Shown here piece after piece: positions 50,201-62,645 of a stretch of DNA of 64,000 nucleotides. Numbering within the stretch: the stretch's first letter is position 1; the number at the start of each line of letters is the position of its first letter. Below the pieces are notes generated by a model. The model saw nothing but the letters and a program-made list of their open reading frames with translations, had not been told where the DNA came from and made no database searches. A program made the translations under genes and the position numbers. Source of the stretch: Lama guanicoe (lineage: Eukaryota); the NCBI GenBank assembly GCA_013239625.1, contig MU054001.1, forward strand, positions 1,677,884 through 1,741,883, written 5' to 3'.

Positions 50201-53200
50201 CAAGCTTCTGAAATGTATGTATAAAATGCTTTTGAATTCTAGGTAAACAAGTTCCATCTGAGAAATATAACTCAGGAAGAGGCTATACAGACAAGGCCTG
50301 CTGGGCGTCAATCACAATCCAGTCTATGAATAAAGTAGACGTCATGAGGACGAGTCAGCCTTGGTATTTAATGAACCTAGCTGCGAGTGGGTGCTTACAG
50401 GGCCTTCTCATACCGGACCACCAGAAATACAGTGGGCTCCCACAGGGTCTATGTCATTGAACCATAAGCTTTTAGGAAACTACCTTGGAGATAATTTTGT
50501 CAAATACATTTGCCAAAAATTATGCACACGTAATGAAATTCAGCTTTTCACTAAAGCTCACTGATATTCCTACCAGTCTCAGGCAGTTCAAAGGAACTAA
50601 AGGCCTTCCTTTTTTAGGACAAGGGTGTTTTATAGAACTTACAAAAGCTACAGCAGCTTTACGCTGGTTATGAATCCCAGTTGCTAACTTTTCAAATCTG
50701 ACCTACCCTTCAGAAATCTGCTCAGGTCCAACCCTGTTCATGAAATCCTCTGACAACGTCCATTTTTACTGATGCCCCCTTCTTCGAAATCTTAAACAGT
50801 TGGTAATAGATTGTTTGGTGCTACAGTGTCTAGTGTTATTAGTTACTGTTTCTTCTACTATATTAAGAAAAGTCTGAGTGTTGTGGACTGAATGTTTGTG
50901 TTGCCCTCCTCCTCACCCCCTGCCCCAAATTCATATGTTGAAACCTAATCCCGAATGTGATGGTGTACAGAGGTCATGAAGGTGGAGCCCTCATGAACGG
51001 GATGAGAGCCCTTATAAAGGAAATCCTAGAGAGCTCCCTTGCCTTCTTCTGCTGTGTGAGGACACAGCAAGAAGGCAGCTGTTTATAGACCAAGAAGCAG
51101 TCCTCACCAGACACTGAGTCTGTCGGCACCTTGATCTTACAGCCTCTAGAACTATAAGAAGTGAATTTCTATTGTTTATAAGCCACCCAGTCTACCATAT
51201 TCTGTTATAGCAGCCCAAACAGACTAAGATACTAAGAAAAAAGAATAAAACATTCTATTCATATGTTTTATATTGTTATGTCCTCTAAGGACGAATGACA
51301 GAACTGAGCATGTAATTGACATAAAATTATTAATGGGTGGATTAAAGGCACTAATGTTGAAAAATTAAAATAAAAAATTGAAAAATGGTCAACAATCAAG
51401 TCTTAGGAGGAAAGAAGGGCTCCAACTAACCTTAGAATCTGTTCCAGTTTCTCGCTTGGTGCATTCCTGAGGCCTGTTAGCATGGTGTGAAGACGACTCA
51501 AGCTATGAGTCGCCGTAGAAACTGGAGTCACACAAGGGCTGTTGTCCTTAATGTACCTCACACCAGTAAGTGGTGTGGAGATTCTAAGTGCTTTAGACTA
51601 AAGAGGGGGAAAAAGAACATTATTTTAGGTCAGAAAGACTTTCAATTACCTCACAAATGGGAATTCAAACCAATCAGACTTTATCTTTACATTAACAATA
51701 AATATTAGTGATTCAAATGTCACCATTCTTGGAATTTAAACATAATACCACCAAACATAAGAGCCACCACTATCCACATGAAAATGTGTGAAAGGACAAT
51801 CTATACTTTAGCCAACTAAGAAGTCTGTCTCTTAAAAGTTAGATCTTTACGATAAGGCACAGTCCCCTATGATTCCTCGTTCAAAACTTAAGCTTAGAGG
51901 CAAAAATAAGCATTAAAATATCAAGGCTATCTCTGAGAAACAAGCTCCCATCTACTGCTAATTTTGTAAGTACTCAAAGATTGACAAAGAGAGCTGTAAA
52001 TTAAATCTGGCCCAAACGAAATCCATGACTTAACAAAAGCCCATCCAAATAATCAAATTTGCTTCAGAGAGAGGATAAAGCAAGCAATCCTAGATGCAGA
52101 ATACAACCTGATGCAGAATAGCCTTCTTCAGTCCTCTTGCCTCTCCTTTACCTTTAGTTACTAGAATCTATCAGTTTTTTTCCCCTAAAGTAGACAGATC
52201 TTCAGGTAAATAAGTTTAAGTCAAATTCTTGAACACAAATAGAGAAAGATATGACTTAATGTCAAAGAATTTAAGCATGAATACATATGCTAATACAGTA
52301 TCTTTTCTAATTTTTCCAACAAACTCTGAAAGGTTAAGAGAGCTTAAGAGTTTTTTTTAATATTCAAGATAAACTAGATTTCCCTATATATTAAATTTAC
52401 TTATTCTAGAGACAGCTGTAAAAACACCTAGTAAAATTTTCACCTGGCAACAGAATCACTCAAGTTTCATGAGATACAGAAACTCACCATACAGGAATAA
52501 ATCTATATGCTTTCTCTGTGTCTTAAACAAGAGTAGAGCCGAGACTTTCACTTTGTTTCAAAGAAATTAATTCTATGATTTTTTTAGATCTATAAGATGA
52601 TCTAGGTAGATTAACCACACTCAGAAGATTTCCCCTGCACTTGACAGCTTTTCTTACAACCACCTGAACATGAACCACTGCCTTGCAGGGAGGGCAAGCA
52701 ACAGCCGCCAGCAGCATCTCACCACACTGCCCACAGGTAGCAGCGCTTCCACAGAGGAACCGCGGTACGACAACCACAGACAACTTCCTGCCTGCAGTCC
52801 TCAAGGGTGGCATGGGGCTTTCTGGTAGCTCTGTTTCAGTTCTTGGCTTAAAGCTTCCTGTGCACTCTGATCAAGAAGAGTCTTTCTTTAACTCATAAGA
52901 CCTCTTTTATTCTCTATCAACTTATGCTACTAGGTAACCTTTCTTCATTCCATGGCTCTAAAAGCCATCCGTATCCTAATGACTCCAGGATATATATACA
53001 CAGCTCTTATCTCTGCTGTGAACTCCAATCTTGTACGTCTAAAACTGCCTACTCAGTTTCTCTACTAGAATATCTAACAGACATCTCACACTTGACATGC
53101 TCATAACCCTAAGTCTTGATTTTTTCCCCTTCAGACCTGTTCTTCCCTGCTCAAAAAATGTCCATAATAAATAGTTATTAAGTGCCTACCATGTGCTAAG

Positions 53201-56200
53201 CACTGAATACAGCAATAGTCACAGACCTCATGAAGCTTATATTCTACTGCAGGGAGACAGATAATAAACAATCCTTCCATCCTTCCTTCCTTCCTTCTCT
53301 TCCTCTCCTTTCTGTCTGTCTGTCTGTCTGTCCGTCTATCTTCAGACAAACAACTCTTTCTTTTCTACCTACGGTCAGACAGTGATAAATACTAACAGGA
53401 ACATTAATTTCAGAGTAAAGGAGAAAGGAAGTCCTGAGGGCAGGGGAGGATGTTGGTGGTTATTATTTTATACAGTAGGCAGGTTATGGGAGCCCTGAAT
53501 GAAGTGAGGAGGTAAACCACATGAGTATCTTGAAGAAACACGCTCTAGGCTGAGGAAACAGCAGGGGCAAAGGCTCTGAGTTGGGAGTATGATTGGCATA
53601 CCTAAAGAATGAAAAAGGAAGTTCACGTGGCATGAGTGGAATGGGTGAGGAGGAAAGTGATAGGAGATGAATTCAGAGAGGTAGCAGGGTCAGACCACTG
53701 AAGACCTTACAGGCATCCGTAAGAACTTAAACTTTTATACCATTTACCCAACTGGAGTCATCACTGTTTTCTTTCTTTCACTCCCTAGATCCAAGCCTGT
53801 GAGTAAATCCTGTGAGTGCTACCTCCCAAATACAGTCCATATACAACCATTTCTCTGATCCAAGCTACCATGAACTATCATCAGAATCACTGCAATAGCC
53901 TCTTAATTCCCTTACTTCCATCCTTGCCCCCATCGCATCTCTCTACAAGACCTTTAAAAATGTAAGAAAGATTATGTCAGTCACTGTTCCCTATCAGAGC
54001 AAAAGCAAAAATCTTTATTTACCATGGCTTCCAAAGCCCTATATGGTCTGCCTGTCCTTTCTGTCTCCCTCTCGCCTTACTTCTTAATCACTGTTTTCCC
54101 TCACTCACTCAATTCCTACCACACTCGTGTTCTCTCTCAATGTTCTTCCAAAAAACCAATCATATTCCTACCTCATAGCTTTGCATTTGCTGTTGTGTGA
54201 GATTCAAATACATTTCCCAGCTCTTTGCATGACTCGCTTCCTCACTGCCTTTAGGTCTGTTAATATTACTTCCTCAGAGACACTTTTTCCAGCCACCTAT
54301 CTACACCCAATAGTCCAAGGCCCACCCATTCTTCCGTCCCCAACACCTTGTTCTACTACTTTATTTTATTTTCCTTCATGTATCATCATCTGATATACTA
54401 TATAGTTACTTGTTTGGTTACCTATTGTCCATCTCCCCACACTAGAATATTACACAGGATATCATAGCTGTTTTGTTCACTGATGTAACCCCTGTGTCCA
54501 GGACACAATCTGGCTTATAGAATACCTTAAGAATATGTGTTGAATGAATAAGCCAACTAGTCTTAAGTCGGGTCTTACAGGTGAGCTACCCACTGGAATT
54601 ATCCACACTGCCTCTGGAAGCACCTGTCAGAAGTTGCTTATTTTCTGGGAATACCATGTGAAAGAAAAGAAACTCTTAGCCTCCATCTTCCCAAGTGTTT
54701 GCATGAAATAACACATAATCCTGAAACTCAGTTTAACGGAATTTTTCTTAAAGACTACAGATCCTCAGTTCTCTAGTCTCTTGGATGAAGGCACCAACTC
54801 AGATCAATCAACATTTTCTAAATGCCTAGTAAAGGTTGCTTGTTACTGGTTCATCTTTTCAAAACCAACAATTATCAGAGTGACACATTCACTTACATTT
54901 ATATTAAATTATTTTTCTCAGATCTAACCAAAAACTTGGAAAACTGATGTCAACAAAAATTAAAACAGTAAACAAAGAGATAACTTTTTCAATTAAGATA
55001 AGCAGGATGTGAATTTTCTTTTTTGTACTGGAAGCAAGTAAAACGCACATAAACACACAATTATTAAAATAAAGGAGAGCCTCTGGCCTGTCTGATTCTG
55101 TATTTGTATTCCTCCGGCACGGCTCAACTCACCTTGTCAAAGTGCTGCTGCAAGATGTTTTTCATCTGCACCCTTTCAGCAGTCTCTGTTCCTGAACCAG
55201 TGTTCAGACACCTTGAGAGAGTCCCAATTTCCTCTTCAGCATCCTCTCCAAGAAAAATCCGTTCATCTAAGTTTCCAACAGATAAAACATACTCCTCATA
55301 GGCCTTATTGATGGCTTTACTATAGGAAAAAAAAATAGGCAAAATGTATACTCACAAAACTGCCCCATTAGTTGTTTTAGGCTACTTAATTGTTTCTTTT
55401 TATTAAAAGTTATTCATTAAATGTTCTAATAATTTTGTGAAAGTTAAATTTTAGTGGGATCACTGTTAACTGTAAAAACTGAAGAGTATAAAGATACAAG
55501 CTTGTTTCACTGTGCTCATCCATTGTACAGTAAGTATATTTTGCTGGCAGTATTTCAGGGCAGGTACCCTGTGCTAAGCTGCCTGGTGGGTGCAGCTTCT
55601 GGTGAGAAGCTTAATTATCGTTCCTAGCTGCTCTGGGCACCTTTGAAGACCGCAGTACTTTCACATCATCATTTTTCACCTGTGTAGTTCCAAAAGCACT
55701 TCTTTATTTCAATAATTATGATCCAAAAGCTTAACTATTAAAGCTTTAAAGAGCAGCCATACAATTTTCAATAAATTCAAAGACAAGTACTTGGAGTAAC
55801 AGTTGATAAAACTTTTTATTACTTTTCCATATTCTCCCACAAAACATATTCTAAATTTCCAGGTTAGAAACAATAAAAATATGAAACTCAAGTTTCCTAA
55901 ACACACAATTTAAAGTATTAAGACACTTTTATAACAGAAGTACTCACAAACTCTCCCCGAAATTCCCAGGTTCTAAAAAACCAGTAAGATTTTCTTCTTT
56001 TCCCTTAAGGAGCTATGATGAAAAAAAAGATTTTTAAGTCATCATATTAAATTAAATCCTTACCCAGAAAATATTTTCACATTACTTATTTACTGTTTAC
56101 ACACCTTTTTTTCATAAAGTTTCCTAATATAGGGTTTCCAGAAATGTTCCTTTATTCCCTTTGCTTCCAAAACTAGGCCATCATGTAAGGAACAGAGTTT

Positions 56201-59200
56201 CTCAATGACACAAGGTGGGTCAGAGGAAGGTTTAGAATCCTTAGCATGAAAATCTTCAGATAGGCCTATGATGGATAGAATCACAGAACAGAGATATCAG
56301 GTAACATTTAATAAGCTAACATGGAATAAACTAAAATATAAATAATAGTCTAATCACCATACGAGTTAGCATCAGAGTGTACAGGAAATAGAGTGTAAGG
56401 GCCTAATTTGACTCTATTTAAATATGCTTAAAAAACAGCAAATAGAGGTGAAGTGTATCACTAGTCAATAGATTTCAGTTATTCAATTATCTATCTGGAG
56501 ATGGTTAAAAAAGAAAAATTAAACAAGTAATTTAGTATATTGTTACAAGATCTAAAAAGGACAAAAATAAAATATAAATTTGCCAATAAGCCTTACATTC
56601 AAATAAAAAATACCACATTGAAAAAAATTATTGTTCAAATACATACTCTTGATATATTTTTATTTAATTATATTAGATGTATTTATCATACTAATTTACA
56701 GCTATTCTTGCCCTAGACTCAATGCAAGGGAAAAAAAATACATAAAAGAGGGGAAAACTGAAGGGAAGTAGCTGTATAGAAACATAAAGAGAATTAGGAC
56801 AAGGTCTACTTTATAGCACAGGGAACTATATTCAAAATCTTGTAGTAACTTAAAATGAAAAAGAATATGAAAAAGAATATATACATCTATATATGTGTGT
56901 ATGTATGCGCATAACTGAATCACCATCCTGTACACCAGAGACTAACACAACACTGTATATCAACTATACTTCAAACAAACAAACAGCTAGGACAGAAATA
57001 AAAGAAAGGACAGAATATGAAGAACACTAAATTTACCAAACCAGGAGCAACTGAAGTAACTAACTCCACTAACTTTAAAAATCTACCTTGATAAACAAGA
57101 AGTTCATACTCTACAGCACAGGGAACTATATTCAATATCTTGTAGTAATTTATTGTTAAAAGAAATAAGAAAATGAATATATATATATATATATGTTCCT
57201 GTATGACTGAAGTATTGTGCTGTATGCCAGAAATTGATGTAACACTATAAACTGACTATACTTCAATAAAAATATATTAAAAAGAAATCTACCTTGAGAG
57301 TCAGGCAAGCTGAAATTCTAACTGTAACTACCCTGAAACTGACAATCTCTCAGAATCATACCATAGTATTATTTAAATAGCAGCAGCATTATATATTAGC
57401 TCTATAAATACTTTTCAATGTTTGCTTTGTAAATCATAATTCAGTCTCTTACTGTATATCATTCATAGAAATTATATACCTTAAAACCTATTAAATACAT
57501 TGCCAAAATAATCTTCATTTCCACACATCTTTTAGTTTAAAGTTCTACTTATTTTAGAAAGTTACTCCTCTTCTGTAGAACAGATGTGAAACGAAGACTC
57601 TGTCAATAAATCTGCTTTGACTTCCTACTGTGTGTCAAGCATGAAACTTGCCAATGTTAAAAATCATTGTCAGTTTTAATGTCATCTTTGCTACTCCAGG
57701 TTTCTAAAGTTTTTCTTCTTGTTGAGTATATATTTCAGAAACTTCTAATACTGTCATCTAACACTTTAAACTCTGTGACACCTGCAATAGCTTTTCCCAT
57801 AAATATTGTAACAGAGAGCTCAACTCCTAATTATTAGTACTCTGATAACTATGATGATGAAGATTTTCAGAGCACTTCTGCTCCTTGATGCTAGATATAT
57901 ACAACTCCCAAGAATAAACATATGTAGAAATGTGAGCTGTCCATTAGTCCTTCATTTACAAACTTACCTTTAAAATTAGGGTTCACAAGTTCTTTACGAT
58001 TGGAACACTGAAGGGCATTTCCATAAACTAAGTCCAAAGCACACAGCAGAAGATGATAAGAATTAACTAAATCATCACTAATCATGGGGAAATTACCTAC
58101 AGGATTATAAACAAGTAGAATTAAATTTGCATAGACTTTACAGTATTTTTTAAAATAATTTCTTTCTTTAATTACAATGACACTATACAACAGTATACAA
58201 AGCTGACCAAAGAGCTACATAAATTGCTTTGGGAAATTTACATTTTTAAATATTACCCTTATAGTTTAATTTCTAAGAGTTTAATGAAAACCAAAACTTC
58301 ACTAAAAATGCCATCCATTCACTCAATATTCATTAAAGAAGCATTTACTAAACGCCAAAATTTTATCACCATTGGTTTTTCTTTTGAAAATTCTGAACAC
58401 AAGCAATTTCATAAATTATCTCAAACTGTAAGAAATTGTTTTGTACGAAAATACTTTAGCCAAGAAAACTGACAGAAATACTTAGATGGGAAAAGCTGAA
58501 AAAATGATTCATATAATTATTTTTTCATGTATGTATTCTAAATAGACCAAGAACTATCATCAGACTTCTAACTAATATTTTAAATACTTTTTGACATATT
58601 AATACAAGTTCATATAAATTAATGCAACAGTACCACAACTAAAGATATTTTGGTTCTGCAGCTAATATCCCAGGAATAATTGCTGATGTTTGGTAACAAA
58701 GAAAAAAGAAACCCAAACTTAAACCTACAGAAACTTGTCCTTTCTGCAGTGCTGGTTTTATGCTAACAGTGAATACAATTTTTACAGGTGGTTAAAGAGT
58801 TTTATTATTCTTAGAAACTAAGAAATATTTCTAGATTTTTTAATATCTTCAAATATATCCTTTATTTCATTACATACTCATACAGTATGTATATGCTTCA
58901 TATTGATTTTACATTCTTATAACATCAGATGAATTCAATTTAAATAGCCAACATATACCTGAAGCATTATTTCTAAACCCTGACATTTTCACACTAAATG
59001 TCTACCCAGTGCACACATGCACACACACGCGCACACATGCACTCACGCTTTATAGCAGGCTTTTTTCTCTTCTTTCCCCTAAAGAAAATTACCACTTACC
59101 TCAGCATATCAGGGTAAATAATAATTTTTTTTGTATAGATGGAAACATTCAACAAATCAATTTGAATGGATTAAAGAGCAAAAAACATTCTTCCATTGCC

Positions 59201-61406
59201 AGAGGCAAATAAATAAGTCAAATTTTGCACTGATATAACTAAACGAACTTGCTTGGTTCTGCTATAAAGACGCTTAATATTAAAATATACCCAATTCCTC
59301 AAATGTGAAACAGGAAGTGGTACTTACCAGTTTCAAGCCACAAAGCCCATCACACTGACAAGCCTAAACTTGTCACTGGTGTGTACTTGCCACAGAAGGA
59401 AAAAAAAGGCAGCACAGTAACTTTAACAAAAAGCTGAAATGCCCCTAAAGACCAGAATCTAATTTAAACTCCAGTACTCTCCCAAATTGATATACTTTAC
59501 ATTTCTATTCCTGACTTTAGGAATAAATCTCTGTGAGATATTTTATCTTTCAATCAAAGATAACCTGTTTAACCTCAAGAGTTGTCTATTTATTAGGAAT
59601 TAAAAGACTCGGGATCGCAAGCAAAACAGGAAGTGGCACCTAATGGTCTTCAGGCCGCAAGACCCTTCATGAAGACAAGCCCAAACTTGTCGCTGATCTG
59701 TATTTGCCATAAGAAGCCAACAAAGATAGCAGGTAAAAGTTAGCTTATTTATCAGGAACCAGGTAATCTGGGATGCCCACTGTTGCAAAGTCATGAAAAA
59801 GGTGGCTAAAAAAGAGTACACTTCCCCTCAAACAACGAAATCAAGAACTGAATAAAACCAACTAAATCACTTTAATAGAAAAGATCCTAGTGAATCATAA
59901 AAGATCATAGTGCTGGATTGTGAGCAGACAAGAGATCTTCAGATCACACAACTACAGATTGGATTAATAATAGTGAGGTAAAACTCAAACACTGAGTAAG
60001 CTGCAGAGACAAAAAATATACCACTCCAGCTGGTCAAGTGAGACCAAAGCCTACATAAGGACAACACAATTCTTTTCTAATAACTTATATAGTACCAAAT
60101 ACTTACTCCCAAGTACACATACACCATGAAGGACATGAAACAGATAAAAATCCCCACAGTCAGATACACCTGTCCATAATCTACTGACAAGATTAATATC
60201 ATATATAATAGCAGACACAGTAAACCAAGTGGCAGAAAGTATAGCCACCACGAAAACAGTCTACATGCTCTTAAGTCTTTCCATATTTCATGCCACTGAT
60301 CACACCACCTTCATTTCCACTGAAGAAACACCCAGTGTAATGGAAAGCAAAAATAAATGAGAGCTTGTTTTTGACAAAAGAAAGGTTTTTCTTTTCAATC
60401 AAGAAAAGGAAGGAAGGATAAGCTCTAACCCAACTAACTCGAAAGGACCAGCTGCAATGAGACAAACTCTGACACCGATGGAGTGACACGTTCCTGCTGG
60501 AGAGCCTTCACATCCAGCATGAAACCACAGCTAGACCTGGTTTCAAACCCTAGATCTGTTTCTAGTAGCTAGTTTCTGGGCCTCCGTTACTTACTCCTTA
60601 AAAGTAAGTAAGTTGGGCTAGTTGATCTAATAATGAGAATCTCTTATATTTATGAAACACTTTCCAGCTCTATGATTATTTGATTTCAATTATGCACTTT
60701 ATTAGGCTATCTTAACAGCAAAGGCATTCTACACAGTCAAGAAAAAAGCTATGTAACTAATGTAACCGTAATTTCTTTTCTTCTTTAAATTACTGAGAAT
60801 CATTTCTACACAGAAATACAGAGAGGACGATAATAATAATAAAAGCATATTTCACTAAATGCAGATGTTGGGCACATTAAGTGAGAAGAAAAGGGAGAGA
60901 AAATAAACTGTATGTAAAGGCATTTGATCAAGCATTTTTATCTGAACAAGATGTAAAAAGTAAACTGAACCACTCTTGAGAATGATCAGTCCCACTCAAC
61001 TAAATAAGACACGTCTCGTGAAAAACACAGCCCAGGAGATAAGCACAGACACACTAGCATGTTTGCAGTCCACAATTCAGAGATAATACACCTGGAAAAG
61101 ATGTTGGGTAAGAACAAAATTAAAGGATTTTCCATTTAATAAAAAAAAGTTTGGAATGTTGTAAAGAAATTCAAAAGACTCTTATGAAAAGGCAATCACT
61201 GAAAAATTATGAGTCTGGGATTAAAACCCTTGAGAAATTTTTCAGTGAGAATCTTTTCCTGATACACATTTCAGGTTGACAGAAGTAGTACCTGAACTTT
61301 GAAATAAACTAATATCTAAATAAATATTACTCTTTTCTTACCTTTTGCATATATAAAAAGCACCCAACAAAAATGGAAAACTTCAGACACGGTACAGGGC
61401 TGTCGC
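29115..61406 (-). CDS. RBL2: Retinoblastoma-like protein 2 (p130), exons 4-22, 5'-partial
   Basis: 19 exons totalling 2851 nt, all GT-AG and phase-consistent. Pocket A and B, spacer with RRRLF cyclin-binding motif, C-terminus ...[40 protein letters not shown]. Confidence 0.97.
31380..32140 (-). mobile_element. Old L1 (L1M-type) 3' fragment
   Basis: gagattcatc...tgtatcagtagtttgttccttttt; cttgggtaaatacc...agtgggatt. Confidence 0.7.
32213..32377 (-). CDS. RBL2: RBL2 exon 21
   Basis: [34 protein letters not shown]...FSNSPSK. Confidence 0.95.
32570..32760. mobile_element. MIR
   Basis: aatcctcacaacaa...gaggaaacaagaggcacag...ataacttgcaagatcac. Confidence 0.7.
33001..33206 (-). CDS. RBL2: RBL2 exon 20
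   Basis: [29 protein letters not shown]...[27 protein letters not shown]. Confidence 0.92.
33822..33927 (-). CDS. RBL2: RBL2 exon 19
   Basis: [35 protein letters not shown]. Confidence 0.95.
34607..34678 (-). CDS. RBL2: RBL2 exon 18
   Basis: [24 protein letters not shown]. Confidence 0.95.
34760..39295 (+). mobile_element. Large degenerate L1 filling RBL2 intron 17 (antisense to RBL2)
   Basis: A-rich; ORF1, EN and RT remnants (gaatacacattcttctcaagtgcaca, gatgcagaaaaagc, ttcatgataaa); 3' end aataaagctgtt. Confidence 0.88.
38930..39060 (+). mobile_element. tRNA-derived camelid SINE nested in L1
   Basis: ggggagggtatagctcagtggtagag...ggttcaatcccc, (AAAT)n tail. Confidence 0.85.
39360..39536 (-). 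CDS. RBL2: RBL2 exon 17
   Basis: [31 protein letters not shown]...[17 protein letters not shown]. Confidence 0.95.
39625..39905 (-). CDS. RBL2: RBL2 exon 16
   Basis: [19 protein letters not shown]...[11 protein letters not shown]. Confidence 0.95.
40104..40373 (-). CDS. RBL2: RBL2 exon 15
   Basis: [30 protein letters not shown]...VTIPVQ. Confidence 0.95.
42522..42633 (-). CDS. RBL2: RBL2 exon 14
   Basis: [37 protein letters not shown]. Confidence 0.95.
43150..43314 (-). CDS. RBL2: RBL2 exon 13
   Basis: [33 protein letters not shown]...VPTCEE. Confidence 0.95.
44186..44323 (-). CDS. RBL2: RBL2 exon 12
   Basis: [46 protein letters not shown]. Confidence 0.95.
44820..45995 (+). mobile_element. 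L1 3' remnant with nested younger L1 3' end (~45155-45560)
   Basis: [28 protein letters not shown]; two successive 3'UTR motif sets. Confidence 0.8.
46160..46576 (-). mobile_element. 5'-truncated L1
   Basis: 12-bp TSD atacagccatat at 46148-46159 / 46577-46588. Confidence 0.88.
46725..48003 (+). mobile_element. 5'-truncated L1 (ORF2 C-terminus + 3'UTR)
   Basis: [14 protein letters not shown]...[15 protein letters not shown]; ends ctatacttcaataaaa. Confidence 0.9.
47120..47247 (+). mobile_element. tRNA-derived camelid SINE nested in L1
   Basis: Perfect 16-bp TSD aaaagtccacaaacaa at 47104-47119 / 47248-47263. Confidence 0.9.
48453..48556 (-). CDS. RBL2: RBL2 exon 11
   Basis: [34 protein letters not shown]. 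Confidence 0.95.
49251..49360 (-). CDS. RBL2: RBL2 exon 10
   Basis: [36 protein letters not shown]. Confidence 0.93.
50879..51231 (+). mobile_element. MaLR solo LTR (MLT1A-like)
   Basis: tgtggactgaatgtttgtg...caaattcatatgttgaaacctaatcc...ttatagcagcccaaacagactaaga. Confidence 0.85.
51431..51597 (-). CDS. RBL2: RBL2 exon 9
   Basis: [55 protein letters not shown]. Confidence 0.95.
52900..54550. mobile_element. L2 fragments in both orientations with (TTCC)n/(TCTG)n microsatellite
   Basis: L2 3' end ttttgttcactgatgta...tgttgaatgaat; microsatellite at ~53273-53340. Confidence 0.7.
55133..55319 (-). CDS. RBL2: RBL2 exon 8
   Basis: [27 protein letters not shown]...QQHFDK. Confidence 0.95.
55948..56012 (-). 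CDS. RBL2: RBL2 exon 7
   Basis: [21 protein letters not shown]. Confidence 0.93.
56105..56265 (-). CDS. RBL2: RBL2 exon 6
   Basis: [53 protein letters not shown]. Confidence 0.95.
56800..57284 (+). mobile_element. Two short L1 3'-end insertions
   Basis: Both carry agcacagggaactatattcaa...ctatacttcaa; the second has TSD aaatctaccttga at 57079-57091 / 57285-57297. Confidence 0.8.
57968..58096 (-). CDS. RBL2: RBL2 exon 5
   Basis: [42 protein letters not shown]. Confidence 0.95.
59356..59375. promoter_or_regulatory. Candidate p53 response element, copy 1
   Basis: TGACAAGCCT-AAACTTGTCA: two RRRCWWGYYY half-sites, no spacer, 18/20 match. Confidence 0.6.
59673..59692. promoter_or_regulatory. Candidate p53 response element, copy 2
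   Basis: AGACAAGCCC-AAACTTGTCG: 19/20 match to the p53 consensus, no spacer. Confidence 0.68.
61342..61406 (-). CDS. RBL2: RBL2 exon 4
   Basis: [21 protein letters not shown]; aag acceptor, gtaaga donor. Confidence 0.93.
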
Positions 61407-62341
61407 CTTTGGGGAAGAAAAAAGTCATGAGATAACAGAAGAATCAGAAAAAGACATCACAAATGACTGTAAATTAGGTGAGAAACAAAACCCACAGTTG
61501 AGAGGAGTGACAGCAGATTCACTTCATGTGGAAAATGTGCAGGAAGTTCTGCTCAGCCAAGTACTGGTAAGGAAATGGCTGGGTGCGAGGGAAAGCACTC
61601 ATCTTAGAAGAAAATTCTGAAGAACTATAAAAGCTTTTCCTGGTCAAGATAGGTAAGGCAGAAAAATAAAACGAGTAACAATAGTTCTTTTGATGATATC
61701 AACAAGGCTAATGCAGCTTTAAGACCCATATAAGCAGTCAGGTATGTCCTCAACTTTTTCTCCTCTACTATAGCTGATGAACTGTAAACTCTCCCTCCCT
61801 AAAGACATTCCAGATTATGTCAAGTCACAAAAGGACTTTTGAATGTAAATTCTGGGATTCCTATAATTCCTTATACTTCTGTCATTAAGAGTGCCTGTTG
61901 TAGAGAGGAGGAAGGTGGAAAAAAATAAAGACTATCTGTTGTATTTTGCTAAGCTGTCAGCTAAATGGAGTTTCAGGTCTGTTTTAAACATGGCTTTTCT
62001 ACCAAAACCTCTGCCAACATTTAGCTAAGACATCTGTTGGCCTCACATTGCAGTAGTCTTATTCTAACAAGGTGCTTTGAAGAGAAGAATCTGAAGACTG
62101 GGGTTTATTTCCACATTGTCATCAGCTTAGTATACTTGCTCTCCATGTGCCTTAGTCTCTTCACCTGCTAAAAACTCATTCTAATATTGTACTTAATTCA
62201 CCAGTTCACGGCAAGAATTAAATGTCAGTGCTCTGCCTTAAAAAGTAGCCTTCCCACCACAGGCACATGATAAACTATCCAGTTTTGACACCTACTAAGA
62301 TAAAAGTCAAACTTTTTAGCTTAACCCTCAAGCCACTCTAA

Positions 62342-62645
62342 CTTCCAGTTGTAAGATAAACAAGTACTAGCGATATAATGTACAACATGGTAAACATAAT
62401 TAACACTGCTGTATGTTATATATGAAAGTTGTTAAGAGAGTATATCTTATGAGTTCTGATCACAGAGAAAAATTTTCTTCTATTTCTTTAATTTTGTATT
62501 TTTGTATGAGATGATGGACATTCACTAAACTTACTGTGGTAATCATTTCATGATGCGTGTCAGTCAAATCATTATGCTGTACACATTCAACTTCTATAGT
62601 GCCATATGTCAATTATATCGCAATAAAACTAGAAGAAAAAAACCA
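62342..62645 (+). mobile_element. L1 3'-end fragment
   Basis: 15-bp TSD ctcaagccactctaa at 62327-62341 / 62646-62660. Confidence 0.85.

Noticed and set aside
59351..59383. Hairpin CACAC-TGACAAG...CTTGTCA-CTG-GTGTG as a miRNA/snoRNA
   Set aside because: The stem is too short and not preserved in copy 2 beyond the core; the dyad symmetry is explained by a p53 site.
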